A stretch of 64,000 nucleotides of DNA from Stegostoma tigrinum. Lineage: Eukaryota. The notes beneath the pieces were generated by a model, which saw only the letters and a program-made list of their open reading frames with translations, did no database searches and had not been told where the DNA came from. The position numbers were made by a program, and so were the translations under genes. The stretch lies in NCBI RefSeq assembly GCF_030684315.1, contig NC_081363.1, positions 50,906,312 to 50,970,311 of the forward strand, read 5' to 3'. This document shows positions 63,251 through 64,000 of this stretch, piece by piece (within the stretch, counting starts at the first letter, position 1; the number at the start of each line of letters is the position of its first letter).

Positions 63251-64000
63251 ATTACTTTTACTCCTGTACTATAGGCAAACACTGAAACCAAACTGTGCAC
63301 ATCAAGGTGCAAACAAGTACATAACATTAATAACTAATTAGTCTAGTTTTGAGATGTTGCTCTGGAGTGTCTTGTTGACTTGGTCACAAGGACATGTCTT
63401 CTGCACTTCGAATGATACCACAGTATCTTTCAAGTTCTCCTCTGTAATTAAGTACAGTAAGTAAGTACTCCCTTACCTACTTTTAAGCTGAAAGGTCAGC
63501 ATAAGAGTATGTGGCCAAAGACCTGGATTCAGGCTTCAACTCAGGACCAATTGTAGTTCAAAATATTGCTGGACAGTCATATAGATTACACAAGATGGTA
63601 TCAAAAGGCCTGATTAACATGCTGCCTGATTTTCTATTTCTGTTGACCCCAGTGCACCATGAGTTACTGATTTGTTCTTGCCTGTTTTTCATGAATGTTC
63701 GAGGTGACACAGAGGGTGAGTGTGTTACCACTAAGCCAAGGTTGATACTTTTGACTCATATGATGTTTATTTAATGCAACATTCATTAACATTTTAATTT
63801 CATGTATATCCTAGAGACAATACTTATCACTACGTTCCATAGCACTTTCCAAATTACCATTTTGCTAAATATAATTTTTAGTGTAACTTTGAACCTATCA
63901 GCCTACTGCAAAGTAAAATGGAATACTGACTGGTTCTTGTTGCTTTGAGCTAACCTTGGAATGATTAACTGGAACAGACAACGAGATTACCATCTGCAAT

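Overview
Repeat-dense, AT-rich eukaryotic non-coding DNA, almost certainly from a cartilaginous fish (shark): it carries HE1-type V-SINEs, a Deu-domain SINE and shark-type CR1 LINEs. I recognise no host protein-coding gene. Every ORF I could identify belongs to a decayed transposon: CR1 LINEs (two young copies at 42.8-43.6 kb and 51.8-53.6 kb), a second CR1-group LINE, L2 and RTE LINE fragments, Penelope-like elements (PLE; RT plus GIY-YIG) and Harbinger-type DNA-transposon pieces. There is one 134-nt assembly gap. The most interesting signal is a set of about 11 minimal hammerhead-ribozyme-like cores at PLE termini. Two PLE-terminus-derived fold-back mini-elements have perfect 16-bp and 12-bp target-site duplications (TSDs), and one of them sits inside another PLE. 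Also notable: a 361-bp inverted duplication, an old ~340-bp direct duplication bracketing a candidate minus-strand exon, an in-place micro-inversion inside a CR1 RT, and several kb-scale repeat-free blocks that may be conserved regulatory DNA. PLE-borne hammerheads are known in general, so I do not claim a wholly new system. Repeat-family names come from my recall of consensus motifs, and boundaries of old repeats are approximate.
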